Under the pieces are notes generated by a model that saw only the letters and a list, made by a program, of their open reading frames with translations, did not search any database and was not told where the DNA came from. Source: an uncultured Pelagibacteraceae bacterium (lineage in GTDB: Bacteria; Pseudomonadota; Alphaproteobacteria; Pelagibacterales; Pelagibacteraceae). Taken from it: a stretch of 64,000 nt of DNA. Position numbers and translations under genes: made by a program. The stretch spans positions 3,492-67,491 of the forward strand of contig CACHBQ010000003.1 in the NCBI GenBank assembly GCA_902578105.1. The letters are read 5' to 3'. Shown here in pieces: positions 47,638 through 58,205 of the stretch (within the stretch, counting starts at the first letter, position 1; every line of letters begins with the position of its first letter).

Positions 47638-49401
47638 TTAATTGAATTTAAAATTCATAATATTGGAGCTTCCAGAAATTGCTGATTTGTAATGTTGTTC
47701 AGCTCTTGGTAGAACTTTATCAAAATAAAACCTAGCAGTATCAATTTTGTCATCATAAAAATTTTTATTTTCATTATAATCTTTAAAACTTACCTCTAGT
47801 ACTTTTATCCATGCATAAGCAATCGAAACAAATCCGAGAGTTTTAAGATAATCATTAGCAGCAGCACTTACATCATCTTTATCTGTTTTAGATTTCTCAA
47901 TCATCCAATCACTAAATTTTTTTAATATATCTAAATAATTATTAAAATCTGAGATGAATGGTCTTATTTTTTCGTTGTTAGAATTACATTCATTTTTAAC
48001 CTGATCTAAAAATTTATTAATTACATTCCCGTTCTTATTTGATAATTTTCTAAAAACTAAATCTGCAGCTTGTACAGAATTCGTACCTTCGTAAATTGGT
48101 GTGATTCTATTATCTCGATATAACTGTTCTATTCCTTGATCTTTAGTATAACCATACCCACCATAAATTTGCATTGCGTCGCTAGTGATTTCCATTGCTA
48201 AATCTGTAAACAAGGATTTAACTACTGGAGTCATTAATGAGACATAATCAGATGCCTCCCGCCTAGCTTTTTCATCTGGATGATATAGGCTTACCTCAGT
48301 TTGTTGAGATAACCAAAAACATAAGGCTCTCTCACCCTCAATAATAGATTTCATATTTAACAACGATCTTCTAATATCTGCATGCTCAATTATAAAATCA
48401 GCACCATTTTTAGATTTTGAATTATTCGACTTACCTTGCTTTCTCTCTTTTGCGTATGAAAGTGAATTTTGATAAGCAATCTCTGATATACCCAAACCCT
48501 GTATCCCAACAACGATCCTCTCAAGATTCATCATCGTAAACATTGCACTCAAACCTTTTTCCTTATCACCAATCATGTAACCAGTTGCTTCATCAAAATT
48601 AAGAACACAAGTTGCCGATCCTTTAATTCCCATTTTTGTTTCGATAGAACCAGTTGATATTCCATTTCTTGGGCCAACATTCCCATCTTCTTTTACAATA
48701 AACTTTGGAACTAAAAACAGACTGATACCTTTAGTGCCAGCCGGAGAGTCATCCACTCTTGCTAAAACCAAATGAATAATATTTTCAGTTAAATCGTGAT
48801 CACCAGAGGTAATAAAAATTTTCTGTCCAGTTAATTTGAATGTACCATCAGATTGTTTTTTAGCCTTTGTTTTTAATAGCCCTAAATCAGTACCACATAC
48901 TGGCTCAGTTAAGCACATTGTTCCACTCCACTTACCTTCTACAATTTTTGGCAAATATTTATTTTTTATTTCATCGCTAGCATGATGATTAATACAATTA
49001 TAAGCACCAATACTAAGTTCACTATAGAGTTTAAAAGAAAGGCTAGCAGAGGATAGCATTTCATCAAAAAATGCGCTCACTGTTTTTGGCATACCTTGAC
49101 CCCCATATTTTGGATCACATGATAAAGATGTCCAACCATCCTCAATATATTTTTTATAAGCCTCTTTGTAACCCGGAGGAGTTCTAACAACTCCATTTTC
49201 TAAAATTGCAGGATTTTCATCTCCAACTTTAGCTAATGGTAAAATTAAATTTTGATTTATTTTTGCTGCTTCCTGTAGAATGTCTTTTACTAAATCTGGG
49301 GTAACTTCTTTATATTTTTCCAATTCATTATACTCTTTGTTGTTTCTTAGTTTTTCAAAAAGAAACATCATATCTTCAACGGGTGCAGTATAAGTTGGCA
49401 T
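47638..49401 (-). CDS. dmdC: Acyl-CoA dehydrogenase, probable MMPA-CoA dehydrogenase
   Basis: MCLTEP, KIFITSG, KMGIKGSAT, IYEGTN; 587-aa long ACAD next to dmdB. Confidence 0.85.
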   Translation of the reverse strand: MPTYTAPVEDMMFLFEKLRNNKEYNELEKYKEVTPDLVKDILQEAAKINQNLILPLAKVGDENPAILENGVVRTPPGYKEAYKKYIEDGWTSLSCDPKYGGQGMPKTVSAFFDEMLSSASLSFKLYSELSIGAYNCINHHASDEIKNKYLPKIVEGKWSGTMCLTEPVCGTDLGLLKTKAKKQSDGTFKLTGQKIFITSGDHDLTENIIHLVLARVDDSPAGTKGISLFLVPKFIVKEDGNVGPRNGISTGSIETKMGIKGSATCVLNFDEATGYMIGDKEKGLSAMFTMMNLERIVVGIQGLGISEIAYQNSLSYAKERKQGKSNNSKSKNGADFIIEHADIRRSLLNMKSIIEGERALCFWLSQQTEVSLYHPDEKARREASDYVSLMTPVVKSLFTDLAMEITSDAMQIYGGYGYTKDQGIEQLYRDNRITPIYEGTNSVQAADLVFRKLSNKNGNVINKFLDQVKNECNSNNEKIRPFISDFNNYLDILKKFSDWMIEKSKTDKDDVSAAANDYLKTLGFVSIAYAWIKVLEVSFKDYNENKNFYDDKIDTARFYFDKVLPRAEQHYKSAISGSSNIMNFKFN

Positions 49402-49427
49402 AATTTGATTTTAAAATAATTAATTAA

Positions 49428-50534
49428 TTATTGCAATTTTGAAATGATCGCATCACCCATTTGTGATGTAGTCACCTCTTTTGTACCTTTTGATAAAATG
49501 TCTTTAGTTCTTAAACCATCATTTAATACATCCTGTACAGCTTTTTCCAGAGCTTCTGCCTCTTTATCTAAATCTAATGAATATCTCAAAGCCATAGCAA
49601 AACTTAAAATTGTAGCTATTGGATTAGCAATACTTTTACCAGCTATATCTGGAGCTGAACCATGAATAGGTTCATACATAGCCCTCATCTCTCCATCTTT
49701 ATTTTTTGCACCTAAAGATGCAGAAGGTAAAAGACCTAATGATCCAGTCAACATTGAGGCTTGGTCAGATAACATATCTCCAAACAAATTATCTGTTACA
49801 ATTACATCAAATTGCTTTGGATTTCTCAACAACTGCATAGCACAATTGTCTGCAAGCATATGACTTAGTTCAACGTCTTTAAATTCTTTATCGTGTAATG
49901 TCTGAACCTCTTCTTTCCAAAGTTGGCCTGCCTCCATAACATTTGATTTTTCACAAGAGGTTACTTTGTTTGATCTTTTTTTTGCTAAATCAAATGCAAC
50001 TCTAGCGACTCTTATAATCTCATTGCTTGTGTAAGTGTGAGTATTAATCCCTTTTCTTTCCCCATTTTCTATTGGTTTAATTCCTCTAGGCTCACCAAAA
50101 TATATTCCTCCAGTTAACTCTCTTACAATCATAATATCTAAACCTGAGACAATTTCAGGTTTTAATGTTGAGGCATCAACTAATTGTTTAAAACATATCG
50201 CTGGTCTCAAATTAGCAAATAGTTTTAATTCTTTTCTTAGTTTTAAAAGTGCTCTCTCAGGTTTTTTAGAAAACTCAACATTATCCCACTTTGGTCCTCC
50301 TACAGCGCCTAACATAACAACTGCACTTTCTAATGCTTTATAAAAAACCTCATCTGTAATCGGTGTACCATGCTTATCGTAAGAGCATCCTCCCGCTAAA
50401 TCTTCATCCATCTCAAAATCTAGAGACTTTTTATCATTGAACCAACTGATAATTTTTTTTACTTCACCAATAACTTCGGGACCAATACCATCTCCAGGAA
50501 GTAATAGTATCTTTCTCTTTTTTACCTTAATCAC
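49428..50534 (-). CDS. leuB: 3-isopropylmalate dehydrogenase
   Basis: [36 protein letters not shown]. Confidence 0.97.
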   Translation of the reverse strand: MIKVKKRKILLLPGDGIGPEVIGEVKKIISWFNDKKSLDFEMDEDLAGGCSYDKHGTPITDEVFYKALESAVVMLGAVGGPKWDNVEFSKKPERALLKLRKELKLFANLRPAICFKQLVDASTLKPEIVSGLDIMIVRELTGGIYFGEPRGIKPIENGERKGINTHTYTSNEIIRVARVAFDLAKKRSNKVTSCEKSNVMEAGQLWKEEVQTLHDKEFKDVELSHMLADNCAMQLLRNPKQFDVIVTDNLFGDMLSDQASMLTGSLGLLPSASLGAKNKDGEMRAMYEPIHGSAPDIAGKSIANPIATILSFAMALRYSLDLDKEAEALEKAVQDVLNDGLRTKDILSKGTKEVTTSQMGDAIISKLQ

Positions 50535-51132
50535 TTATAATCCATGGCTTAGAGCTTTTTAATTTTTGCTCAAAACTTTTTATCTTATCAGACTTATTTA
50601 AAGATAGCGCAATATCATCTAAACCTTCGAGAAGACATTTCTTTTTAAAGGAGTCTATTTTGAATTTAATTTCATTATTACCATAAACTATTTTTTCCTC
50701 TTTAAGGTCTACTGAAATTTCCTCTTTTCTATTAGCATATTCAGATAATTCTTTTATTTTTTCTTCATCAACAATAATTGGTAAAATTCCATTTTTAAAA
50801 CAATTGCTATAAAAAATATCAGCAAAACTCGAGCTAATTACACATGTAATACCAAAATCTAATAATGCCCAAGGAGCGTGTTCTCTTGAGGATCCACAAC
50901 CAAAGTTTTTTCCTGCTATCAGTATTTTTGAATTTGTAAATGGATCTTGGTTTAATATAAAATCGCCTATTTTATTTCCATTATCATCATACCTCATTTC
51001 AAAAAACAAATTTTTTCCAAGTCCAGTTCTTTTAATTGTTTTTAAAAACTGCTTTGGGATAATCATATCAGTATCGATATTTACTATTGGTAAATATGCT
51101 GGAATACTTTTTAATGTAGAAAATTTTTGCAT
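50527..51132 (-). CDS. leuD: Isopropylmalate isomerase small subunit
   Basis: [24 protein letters not shown]. Confidence 0.97.
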   Translation of the reverse strand: MQKFSTLKSIPAYLPIVNIDTDMIIPKQFLKTIKRTGLGKNLFFEMRYDDNGNKIGDFILNQDPFTNSKILIAGKNFGCGSSREHAPWALLDFGITCVISSSFADIFYSNCFKNGILPIIVDEEKIKELSEYANRKEEISVDLKEEKIVYGNNEIKFKIDSFKKKCLLEGLDDIALSLNKSDKIKSFEQKLKSSKPWIISD

Positions 51133-52535
51133 TAATTTTGATACTTTCTTACATCATCCAAATTTCCAGAAATTGCTGCTGCAGCTGCCATTCCTGGGCT
51201 CACAAGGTGTGTTCTTCCACCTCTACCTTGTCTTCCTTCAAAATTTCTGTTTGATGTTGATGCACATCTTTGCTCTGGTTTTAATTTATCAGCATTCATT
51301 GCCAAACACATAGAACATCCTGGTTCTCTCCATTCAAAACCAGACTCTTCAAATATCTTATGTAAACCTTCTTGCTCTGCTTGTTCTTTCACTAAACCAG
51401 ATCCTGGAACAACCATTGCATGAACATGAGAGGCAATTTTTTTATCTTTTAAAATCTTTGCTGCTTCTCGTAAATCCTCAATTCTTCCATTTGTACAACT
51501 ACCTATAAAAACCTTATCAATCTTAATATCTTTAGCAGCCATATCAGGTTTTAAACCCATATATTTTAGAGCTCTTTCAATAGAATTTTTTCTATCCTCA
51601 TCCTTTTCATTGTCTGGGTTTGGTACTTTATCCTCAATAGTAATGACATCTTGAGGTGAAGTTCCCCAGGTAATCATCGGTGAAATTTCATTAGCTTGAA
51701 GACTTATTTCTTTATCAAAATTTGCACCATCATCAGATTTTAAACTTCTCCAGTACGCTAAAGCTTTATCCCATTTTTCACCTTTTGGTGACATAGGTTT
51801 TCCCTCCAAATACTTGAAAATTTTTTCGTCTGGTGCAATCAAACCTGCTCTTGCTCCACCCTCTATAGTCATGTTGCATATAGTCATTCTTTGTTCAACA
51901 CTCAATGATCTGATTAAATCACCAGCATACTCAATAACACATCCTGTTCCACCTGCTGTTCCTATTTTTCCAATTATTTGTAAAATTACATCTTTTGAAG
52001 TAACACCTAACGGAAGTTTTCCATTAACATTAATTCTGAAATTTTTTGCTTTTTTTTGCACTAAAGTTTGTGTTGCAAGTACGTGTTCAACCTCTGAGGT
52101 GCCTATACCAAATGCTAAAGCACCAAACGCTCCATGTGTAGCTGTATGACTATCTCCACAAACTATAACTGTTCCAGGTTGAGTAAATCCTTGTTCAGGA
52201 CCAATTATATGAACTATGCCTTGACGCTTATCCTCCATTCCAAAGAGTTGGATATCAAATTCCTTACAATTCTTTTCTAATGTATCAACTTGAATTTTAG
52301 ATTCTTTATCTGAAATACCATTAGTTCTATCAGTAGTTGGGACGTTGTGATCTGCAACAGCCAATGTGAGCTTTGGGTGTCTTACTTTTCTTTTAGAATT
52401 TCGTAAACCTTCAAATGCTTGTGGACTGGTCACTTCATGAACGAGATGCCTATCAACAAATAATAAAGCTGTTCCATCATCTTGCTGATCAACTAAGTGT
52501 TCTTTCCAAATTTTGTCGTAAAGAGTATTAGGCAT
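51132..52535 (-). CDS. leuC: Isopropylmalate isomerase large subunit
   Basis: [34 protein letters not shown]. Confidence 0.98.
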   Translation of the reverse strand: MPNTLYDKIWKEHLVDQQDDGTALLFVDRHLVHEVTSPQAFEGLRNSKRKVRHPKLTLAVADHNVPTTDRTNGISDKESKIQVDTLEKNCKEFDIQLFGMEDKRQGIVHIIGPEQGFTQPGTVIVCGDSHTATHGAFGALAFGIGTSEVEHVLATQTLVQKKAKNFRINVNGKLPLGVTSKDVILQIIGKIGTAGGTGCVIEYAGDLIRSLSVEQRMTICNMTIEGGARAGLIAPDEKIFKYLEGKPMSPKGEKWDKALAYWRSLKSDDGANFDKEISLQANEISPMITWGTSPQDVITIEDKVPNPDNEKDEDRKNSIERALKYMGLKPDMAAKDIKIDKVFIGSCTNGRIEDLREAAKILKDKKIASHVHAMVVPGSGLVKEQAEQEGLHKIFEESGFEWREPGCSMCLAMNADKLKPEQRCASTSNRNFEGRQGRGGRTHLVSPGMAAAAAISGNLDDVRKYQN

Positions 52536-52546
52536 TGAAAAAAAAA

Positions 52547-53125
52547 TTATTTTTTTTCTGGAGAAGTTTCAAGTTTTTCTTCAGTTTTAGGTTTTGTTTC
52601 AACTTTGGCTGTTTCCTCTTTTTTTGGCTCTTCCTTAGGAGTTTCTTCTTTCTTAGCCTCCGCCTTAGTTAAATTTTCTTTATTATCAGATGCTTCTGTT
52701 GAAACAGGAGCTAAATTTTCCTCAGTTACTGTTTCTGGTTTTACATCTATATCAATACCAATCTTCTTTCTTATTTTTTCGGCAATTCTAGCTGATTTAC
52801 CAGTTCTATCTCTTAAGTAATATAGTTTAGCTCTTCTAACTTTTCCTGAACGAATAACTTTAATTGAGTCAATTACTGTACCAAATAGTGGGAATGTTCT
52901 CTCAACACCTTCACCAAAAGAAATCTTTCTAACTGTAAAAGAAGAATTTAAATCTCTGCTTTTTTTCGCAATACATACACCTTCAAAATATTGAATTCTC
53001 TCTTTTTTTCCCTCTGTAATTCTTACACCAACTTTTACAACATCACCTGGAAAGAATTCCGGAATCTTTTTTTCCGAAAGAATTTTTTTTACATTATGTT
53101 GATTTATTTCTTCAATCGTTTTCAT
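52547..53125 (-). CDS. rplS: 50S ribosomal protein L19 with long E/K-rich C-terminal tail
   Basis: [25 protein letters not shown]; ATG 53125 preferred. Confidence 0.96.
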   Translation of the reverse strand: MKTIEEINQHNVKKILSEKKIPEFFPGDVVKVGVRITEGKKERIQYFEGVCIAKKSRDLNSSFTVRKISFGEGVERTFPLFGTVIDSIKVIRSGKVRRAKLYYLRDRTGKSARIAEKIRKKIGIDIDVKPETVTEENLAPVSTEASDNKENLTKAEAKKEETPKEEPKKEETAKVETKPKTEEKLETSPEKK

Positions 53126-53141
53126 TTCAATATTTATCAAA

Positions 53142-53828
53142 TTAATCCTTCTTATATTTTTGCCACAAATCTGGTCTTCGGACGCGTGTTATAGCCTCAG
53201 ATTGAGATAAACGCCAGTCTTTAATTTTGCTATGATCCCCTGATAATAAGACATCTGGTACTGATTTTTCCTCCCAAATTTGAGGTTTTGTAAATTGAGG
53301 ATACTCTAAAAGACCATTTTCAAAAGTTTCCTCCGAAGATGATTTATCATTACCTAAAACTCCAGGCAAAAGTCTTAACACACTATCAAGAACTACAAGA
53401 GCAGCTGTTTCCCCTCCAGAAAGCACATAATCTCCTATACTTATTTCCTCAATATTTCTTGTGGATAGCACTCTTTCATCAACACCTTCGAAATGTCCAC
53501 AAATTAAACTGAATGATTTTTCTTTTGATAAATCTTGTGCAAGTCTTTGATCAAATTTTTTACCTCTTGGTGAAAGATAAAAAATTCTTTCCCCCTTCTG
53601 GATATTTTTATCAATTGACTTTGCTAGTATGTCTGGTTTTAACAGCATACCTGATCCACCACCATATGGAGTATAATCAACAGTTTTGTGTTTATCTGTT
53701 GCTGCATCTCTTATGTTTACTACATTAAGACTCCATATCTTTTTAGCCATTGCTTTTCCATATAATCCTTTATTTAACGGACCAGGGAAAATTTCTGGAT
53801 AAAGTGTTAACACTTGTGTCTTCAACAT
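53142..53828 (-). CDS. trmD: tRNA (guanine-N1)-methyltransferase
   Basis: [29 protein letters not shown]. Confidence 0.96.
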   Translation of the reverse strand: MLKTQVLTLYPEIFPGPLNKGLYGKAMAKKIWSLNVVNIRDAATDKHKTVDYTPYGGGSGMLLKPDILAKSIDKNIQKGERIFYLSPRGKKFDQRLAQDLSKEKSFSLICGHFEGVDERVLSTRNIEEISIGDYVLSGGETAALVVLDSVLRLLPGVLGNDKSSSEETFENGLLEYPQFTKPQIWEEKSVPDVLLSGDHSKIKDWRLSQSEAITRVRRPDLWQKYKKD

Positions 53829-53842
53829 AAGTAAACCTTAAA

Positions 53843-54325
53843 TTACTTTTTTTCCTCTTTTGGAGCGTCTGCTTTTGGAGCTTCTTCCTTTTTAGCGTCT
53901 GCTTTTGGAGCTTCTTCCTTTTTAGCGTCTGCTTTTGGAGCTTCTTCTTTTTTTGCTCCATCTGTCGGTGCTGCTTCTGCTTTTGCTGCCTCTTCTTTTT
54001 TAGCATCATCAGACCCTTCTTTTTTTCTTTCTTTTTTTGGAATAGCTTTTTGAGGATTATTACCATTAGCAGGCATTGGCATTAACTCATTTTCACCTAA
54101 AATTCTTGCTACTCTTGTAGTCGGTTGTGCACCTTGGCCTAACCAATATTTAATTCTTTCAGCCTCTAATCCTATTCTTTCTTTTTTTTCTTTAGGTAAT
54201 AGAGGATTAAAAAAACCAACTTTTTCTATGAAACGTCCATCTCTTGCAAAACGACTATCAGCTACAACAACTTTGTAAACTGGTCTTTTCTTTGTTCCAC
54301 CTCTTGATAATCTAAGTTTTAACAT
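53843..54325 (-). CDS. rpsP: 30S ribosomal protein S16 with repetitive C-terminal tail
   Basis: [28 protein letters not shown]. Confidence 0.97.
   Translation of the reverse strand: MLKLRLSRGGTKKRPVYKVVVADSRFARDGRFIEKVGFFNPLLPKEKKERIGLEAERIKYWLGQGAQPTTRVARILGENELMPMPANGNNPQKAIPKKERKKEGSDDAKKEEAAKAEAAPTDGAKKEEAPKADAKKEEAPKADAKKEEAPKADAPKEEKK
53864..53953. repeat. 3 x 30-bp tandem repeat within rpsP
   Basis: Unit agcgtctgcttttggagcttcttccttttt at 53864, 53894 and 53924 (third has 1 mismatch); encodes [10 protein letters not shown]. Confidence 0.95.
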
Positions 54326-54338
54326 TTACTCTCCTTTT

Positions 54339-55697
54339 TTATTTTAATTGATTAAATAATTCTGGTGGTATTCCTTTATCAGACATACCTTTCAGATTTC
54401 CTTTAGACATCTTTCTCATCATTTCAGACATCATTTTAAATTGTTTTAACAATTTATTGATAGTGGCTGGATCAGTTCCAGAACCATTAGCAATTCTTTT
54501 TTTTCTAGAACCATCAATTATTTTTGGGTTCTCTCTTTCTTTTTTTGTCATCGATAAAATTATAGCCTCATTCTTAGTGATAACACTCTCGTCAATACCC
54601 GCAGCATCCATTTGTGATTTAACTTTAGAAATACCTGGCATAAAAGACATAATTCCCTCTATTCCACCCATTTTTTTCATCTGTCTCAATTGAGTCAAAT
54701 AATCTTGCATTGAAAATTGTCCCTTTTTTAAATTCTCTTCTGTCTTTTTAATATTTTCTTCACCTAAATCTTGTGCTGCTTTTTCAACTAGAGATACAAT
54801 ATCTCCCATTCCAAGAATTCGGTTTGCAATCCTATCAGGATGAAACACCTCAAAATTTTCAATTTTTTCTCCTACCCCTAAAAACTTAATTGGAACCTCT
54901 GATACAAATTTCATACTTACCGCGGCCCCACCTCTGGCATCACCATCAGCTCTTGTTAAAATAATTCCTGATAAACCTACAGTATTTTTAAATTCTTTTG
55001 CAACTGATGCTGCTACTTGACCTGTTAAAGAATCTGCAACTAAAAAAGTTTCAGCAGGATTGATTATATTTTCAATCTGCTTTATTTCACTCATCATTTG
55101 AAGATCTATTTGTGTTCTGCCAGCTGTATCAAATAAGATAATATCGGCACCATTTAAATTTGCAGCACTTATTGCTCTTTGACAAATATCTGCTGGTTGT
55201 TGACCCTCTATAATTGGTAAAGTTAAGATATCATTTTGCTCACCTAAAAATTTCAATTGTTCTTGTGCAGCTGGTCTATAAATATCTAAGCTGACCATCA
55301 TTACCTTCTTTTTCTTTGTATTTTCTAAATATCTTGCAAGTTTAGCAGTGGTGGTAGTTTTACCTGAACCTTGTAGACCAACTAACATCATTGGTACGGG
55401 AGGAACGGCGTTTAAATTTACATCAATGTTTTTTTCACCTAATAAATTAACTAATTCGTCATAAACGATTTTTACAACCATATCACCAGGAGATGTAGAT
55501 CTGATAATTTCTTGCCCTAAAGCTTTAGGTTTAACTTTTTCAATAAAATCTTTTGCGACCTCAAGTGATACATCAGCCTCTAGTAAGGCTTGTCTAATAG
55601 CTCTAAGGCCTTCATCAACTTGGCTCTCATCAAGCGAAGGGGCTTTTTTCAGAGAGGAAAAAACTTCCTCAAATTTATTTGTTAAATTTTCAAACAT
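54339..55697 (-). CDS. ffh: Signal recognition particle protein Ffh
   Basis: MFENL start, GLQGSGKTT, DTAGR, RILGMGD, M domain; ATG 55697. Confidence 0.97.
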   Translation of the reverse strand: MFENLTNKFEEVFSSLKKAPSLDESQVDEGLRAIRQALLEADVSLEVAKDFIEKVKPKALGQEIIRSTSPGDMVVKIVYDELVNLLGEKNIDVNLNAVPPVPMMLVGLQGSGKTTTTAKLARYLENTKKKKVMMVSLDIYRPAAQEQLKFLGEQNDILTLPIIEGQQPADICQRAISAANLNGADIILFDTAGRTQIDLQMMSEIKQIENIINPAETFLVADSLTGQVAASVAKEFKNTVGLSGIILTRADGDARGGAAVSMKFVSEVPIKFLGVGEKIENFEVFHPDRIANRILGMGDIVSLVEKAAQDLGEENIKKTEENLKKGQFSMQDYLTQLRQMKKMGGIEGIMSFMPGISKVKSQMDAAGIDESVITKNEAIILSMTKKERENPKIIDGSRKKRIANGSGTDPATINKLLKQFKMMSEMMRKMSKGNLKGMSDKGIPPELFNQLK

Positions 55698-55707
55698 ATT
55701 TATTTCA

Positions 55708-55808
55708 CACAGCAGTAATCGCACTAGTGGGCGAACCCTCGCTGACTAGTGTCGATCTCTTTGTTTCCAAAGACACCGCAAATTTAACGTTTTTGCGGAA
55801 ACTGCCAC
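55708..55808 (-). ncRNA. ffh leader RNA motif (structured 5' UTR)
   Basis: GC-rich multi-stem: GCAGU/ACUGC closing stem, CCGCAAA/UUUGCGG, UCUUUG-GAAA-CAAAGA, CACUAGU/ACUAGUG with GGG-UUCG-CCC; directly 5' of ffh. Confidence 0.8.
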
Positions 55809-55858
55809 AAACTATAATAGAGGTTCAAAAAGTCAATAAATAAGTTAAATAACTATAT

Positions 55859-56683
55859 ATGGATATTAGGGCTTTTAAAATGGATGGATTAGGTAATGAT
55901 TTTGTAATAATTGATAATAGACAAAAGATTACCAACTTGACTAAAGATCAAATCATAAAAATTTGTGATAGAAATTTTATTGGCTGTGATCAATTAATAT
56001 TTATTGAATCTAGCAAATCAAGTGATGCAAATTTAAAATTTTTTAATTCTGATGGAGGAGAGTCTGGTGCGTGTGGAAATGGTACTAGATGTGTTGCAAA
56101 ATTAATCTCCGAGCAGACAAAATCTGAAAACATCATTTTGTCAACTTCAAATGGAAATTTAGAGTCAAAGATATTAGATAAAAATATTGTTACGACTGAA
56201 ATTGGTAAAGCTAAATTACAATGGAACGAAATTCCTTTATCAGAAAAACTAGATACGAAAAATTTAAATATTAAGATTATTGATTCAAATAACAAAGAAC
56301 ATTCAGGTGGGACGGCAGTTAATGTTGGAAATCCACATATTGTTTTTTTTGTAAACGAAATTAAAAATTTTAATATTGAAAAAATTGGACCCGAAATTGA
56401 AAATCATAAAATTTTTCCAGAAAAATGTAATGTTACAATTGCTACAATAATTAATAAAAATTTAATTAGAGTGAAGGTATGGGAGAGAGGAGCGGGGCTG
56501 ACCAAAGCATGTGGAACAGCTGCATGTGCAACAGCATTTGCTGGTAAATTAAATGATCTTACTGAAAATAAAACAGACATAGAATTTCAAACAGGTAAAT
56601 TATCAATTCTTATAGATGATAAAAATTCAATCCACATGAAAGGACCCGTTTCAGAAATAAAAGAAATTGAGTTCAAACTATAA
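55859..56683 (+). CDS. dapF: Diaminopimelate epimerase
   Basis: GLGNDF, CGNGTRC, VGNPH, ERGAGLTKACGT. Confidence 0.96.
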   Translation: MDIRAFKMDGLGNDFVIIDNRQKITNLTKDQIIKICDRNFIGCDQLIFIESSKSSDANLKFFNSDGGESGACGNGTRCVAKLISEQTKSENIILSTSNGNLESKILDKNIVTTEIGKAKLQWNEIPLSEKLDTKNLNIKIIDSNNKEHSGGTAVNVGNPHIVFFVNEIKNFNIEKIGPEIENHKIFPEKCNVTIATIINKNLIRVKVWERGAGLTKACGTAACATAFAGKLNDLTENKTDIEFQTGKLSILIDDKNSIHMKGPVSEIKEIEFKL

Positions 56684-57600
56684 TGGGAATTTTTGATAAA
56701 TTTAAGATAGGCTTTAAAAAAAGTGCATCTGCACTGACATCTGGACTAAAAGAAATAATTATAAAAAAAGAGATTGACGATAAAAATTTAAATAAAATTG
56801 AAGAATTTTTAATTGAGTCAGATGTAGGTGTCGAGGCTGCGTCTGAGATCAAGGAAATCATTTCAAGTAAAAAAATCGATCCAAATAAAGATTTATCAAC
56901 CGAGATAAATCTTATTTTAAAAGAATATATTATTAATTTAATGAAACCTTTAGAGAATAATTCTTTTTTCGAAAAAAAAGATAAACTCAATGCAACATTA
57001 ATCTCAGGTGTGAATGGTGTTGGCAAAACAACAACTATTGGTAAAATAGGTAAAATTTTAAAAACTAACGGGAACAAAGTTATGTTTGCCGCTTCTGATA
57101 CTTTTCGAGCAGCAGCTATTGAACAATTAGAAAACTGGGCAAATAAAATTGACGTTAAAATAACTAAATCATCTCAAGGTTCTGATCCAGCATCAGTCGC
57201 ATATAAAGCAGTTGAAGAAGCAATCAAAAATAATTTTCACCAAGTATTAATCGATACTGCTGGAAGACTACAAAATAAAAAAAATTTAATGGAGGAATAT
57301 AAAAAGATAGCCAATGTAACAAAAAAAATTGACCAGGATGCCCCTCACAACATTATTTTAGTTTTAGACGCAACATCGGGACAGAATGTAATTAATCAAG
57401 TAGAAGAATTTAACAAAATTATTCCATTAACTGGTTTAATCATGACCAAATTAGATGGAACTGCCAAAGGCGGTATTCTATTGGCGATAGCAAAAAAATA
57501 TCAATTACCTATTATTGCTTTAGGCTTGGGCGAAAAAGAAGACGACTTACAATTATTTAATGCAGAAAAATTTGCTGAAGCTTTTACACAGGTTAATTGA
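56683..57600 (+). CDS. ftsY: SRP receptor FtsY (NG domain only)
   Basis: GVNGVGKTTT, DTFRAAA, DTAGR, TKLDGTAKGG. Confidence 0.96.
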   Translation: MGIFDKFKIGFKKSASALTSGLKEIIIKKEIDDKNLNKIEEFLIESDVGVEAASEIKEIISSKKIDPNKDLSTEINLILKEYIINLMKPLENNSFFEKKDKLNATLISGVNGVGKTTTIGKIGKILKTNGNKVMFAASDTFRAAAIEQLENWANKIDVKITKSSQGSDPASVAYKAVEEAIKNNFHQVLIDTAGRLQNKKNLMEEYKKIANVTKKIDQDAPHNIILVLDATSGQNVINQVEEFNKIIPLTGLIMTKLDGTAKGGILLAIAKKYQLPIIALGLGEKEDDLQLFNAEKFAEAFTQVN

Positions 57601-58156
57601 TTAAATTACTCGAGATTAAAGGTTTATAAATACTACACTTATAATTATCTTTAAATTTATAATGCCCACAATCCTTAGAAAAAGACGAAATAATAAAATC
57701 AAATTTTCCTGTAGTGGGGTAAAGTTCTAGTTTCTTATTAAAAATATCATACTTAAAGTTTGCCTTTAAACTTTTAACTGCACTAATCATCACCAGTGTT
57801 TTATCATCTTTTAAAAGATAATAAGCAAAGTCGTCTGGAAATACAGGAAAGTCATATTCCTCTAAATGAAACTTGGCTTGAGAGGGAAACCAATCATAAG
57901 AGATCAATGGTGAAGAAGACTTTGTTGAATAATTATAGATATAAAGATCTTTTGGATAATCATTTATATAATTACTTTCTTCACCTCTAGCTAAAATCGA
58001 TTTCTCTCGCCCCTTAAAATATAGCGCAAATTTTTTGTTGTGAGAGTCCATATGATCTATGTGAAATAAGTCATCAGGATAAAATGAATTATCTTTCGAA
58101 AAAGCAAAGCTTTTTAAAGTTATGAATAAAATTATAATAATAAAAACATTTTTCAC
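57593..58156 (-). CDS. Hypothetical exported protein
   Basis: 187-aa ORF, GTG start, signal-peptide-like N-terminus, no recognised family. Confidence 0.6.
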   Translation of the reverse strand: MKNVFIIIILFITLKSFAFSKDNSFYPDDLFHIDHMDSHNKKFALYFKGREKSILARGEESNYINDYPKDLYIYNYSTKSSSPLISYDWFPSQAKFHLEEYDFPVFPDDFAYYLLKDDKTLVMISAVKSLKANFKYDIFNKKLELYPTTGKFDFIISSFSKDCGHYKFKDNYKCSIYKPLISSNLIN

Positions 58157-58205
58157 TTTTTAAACTTAATCTTAAATCTTGAAAAATATTTGTTTAGAAT
58201 ATGGC

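Noticed and set aside
53770-54066. 98-aa alternative-frame ORF with KKKLQKQTL repeats
   Set aside because: Out-of-frame reading of the 30-bp repeat inside rpsP; overlaps two real genes
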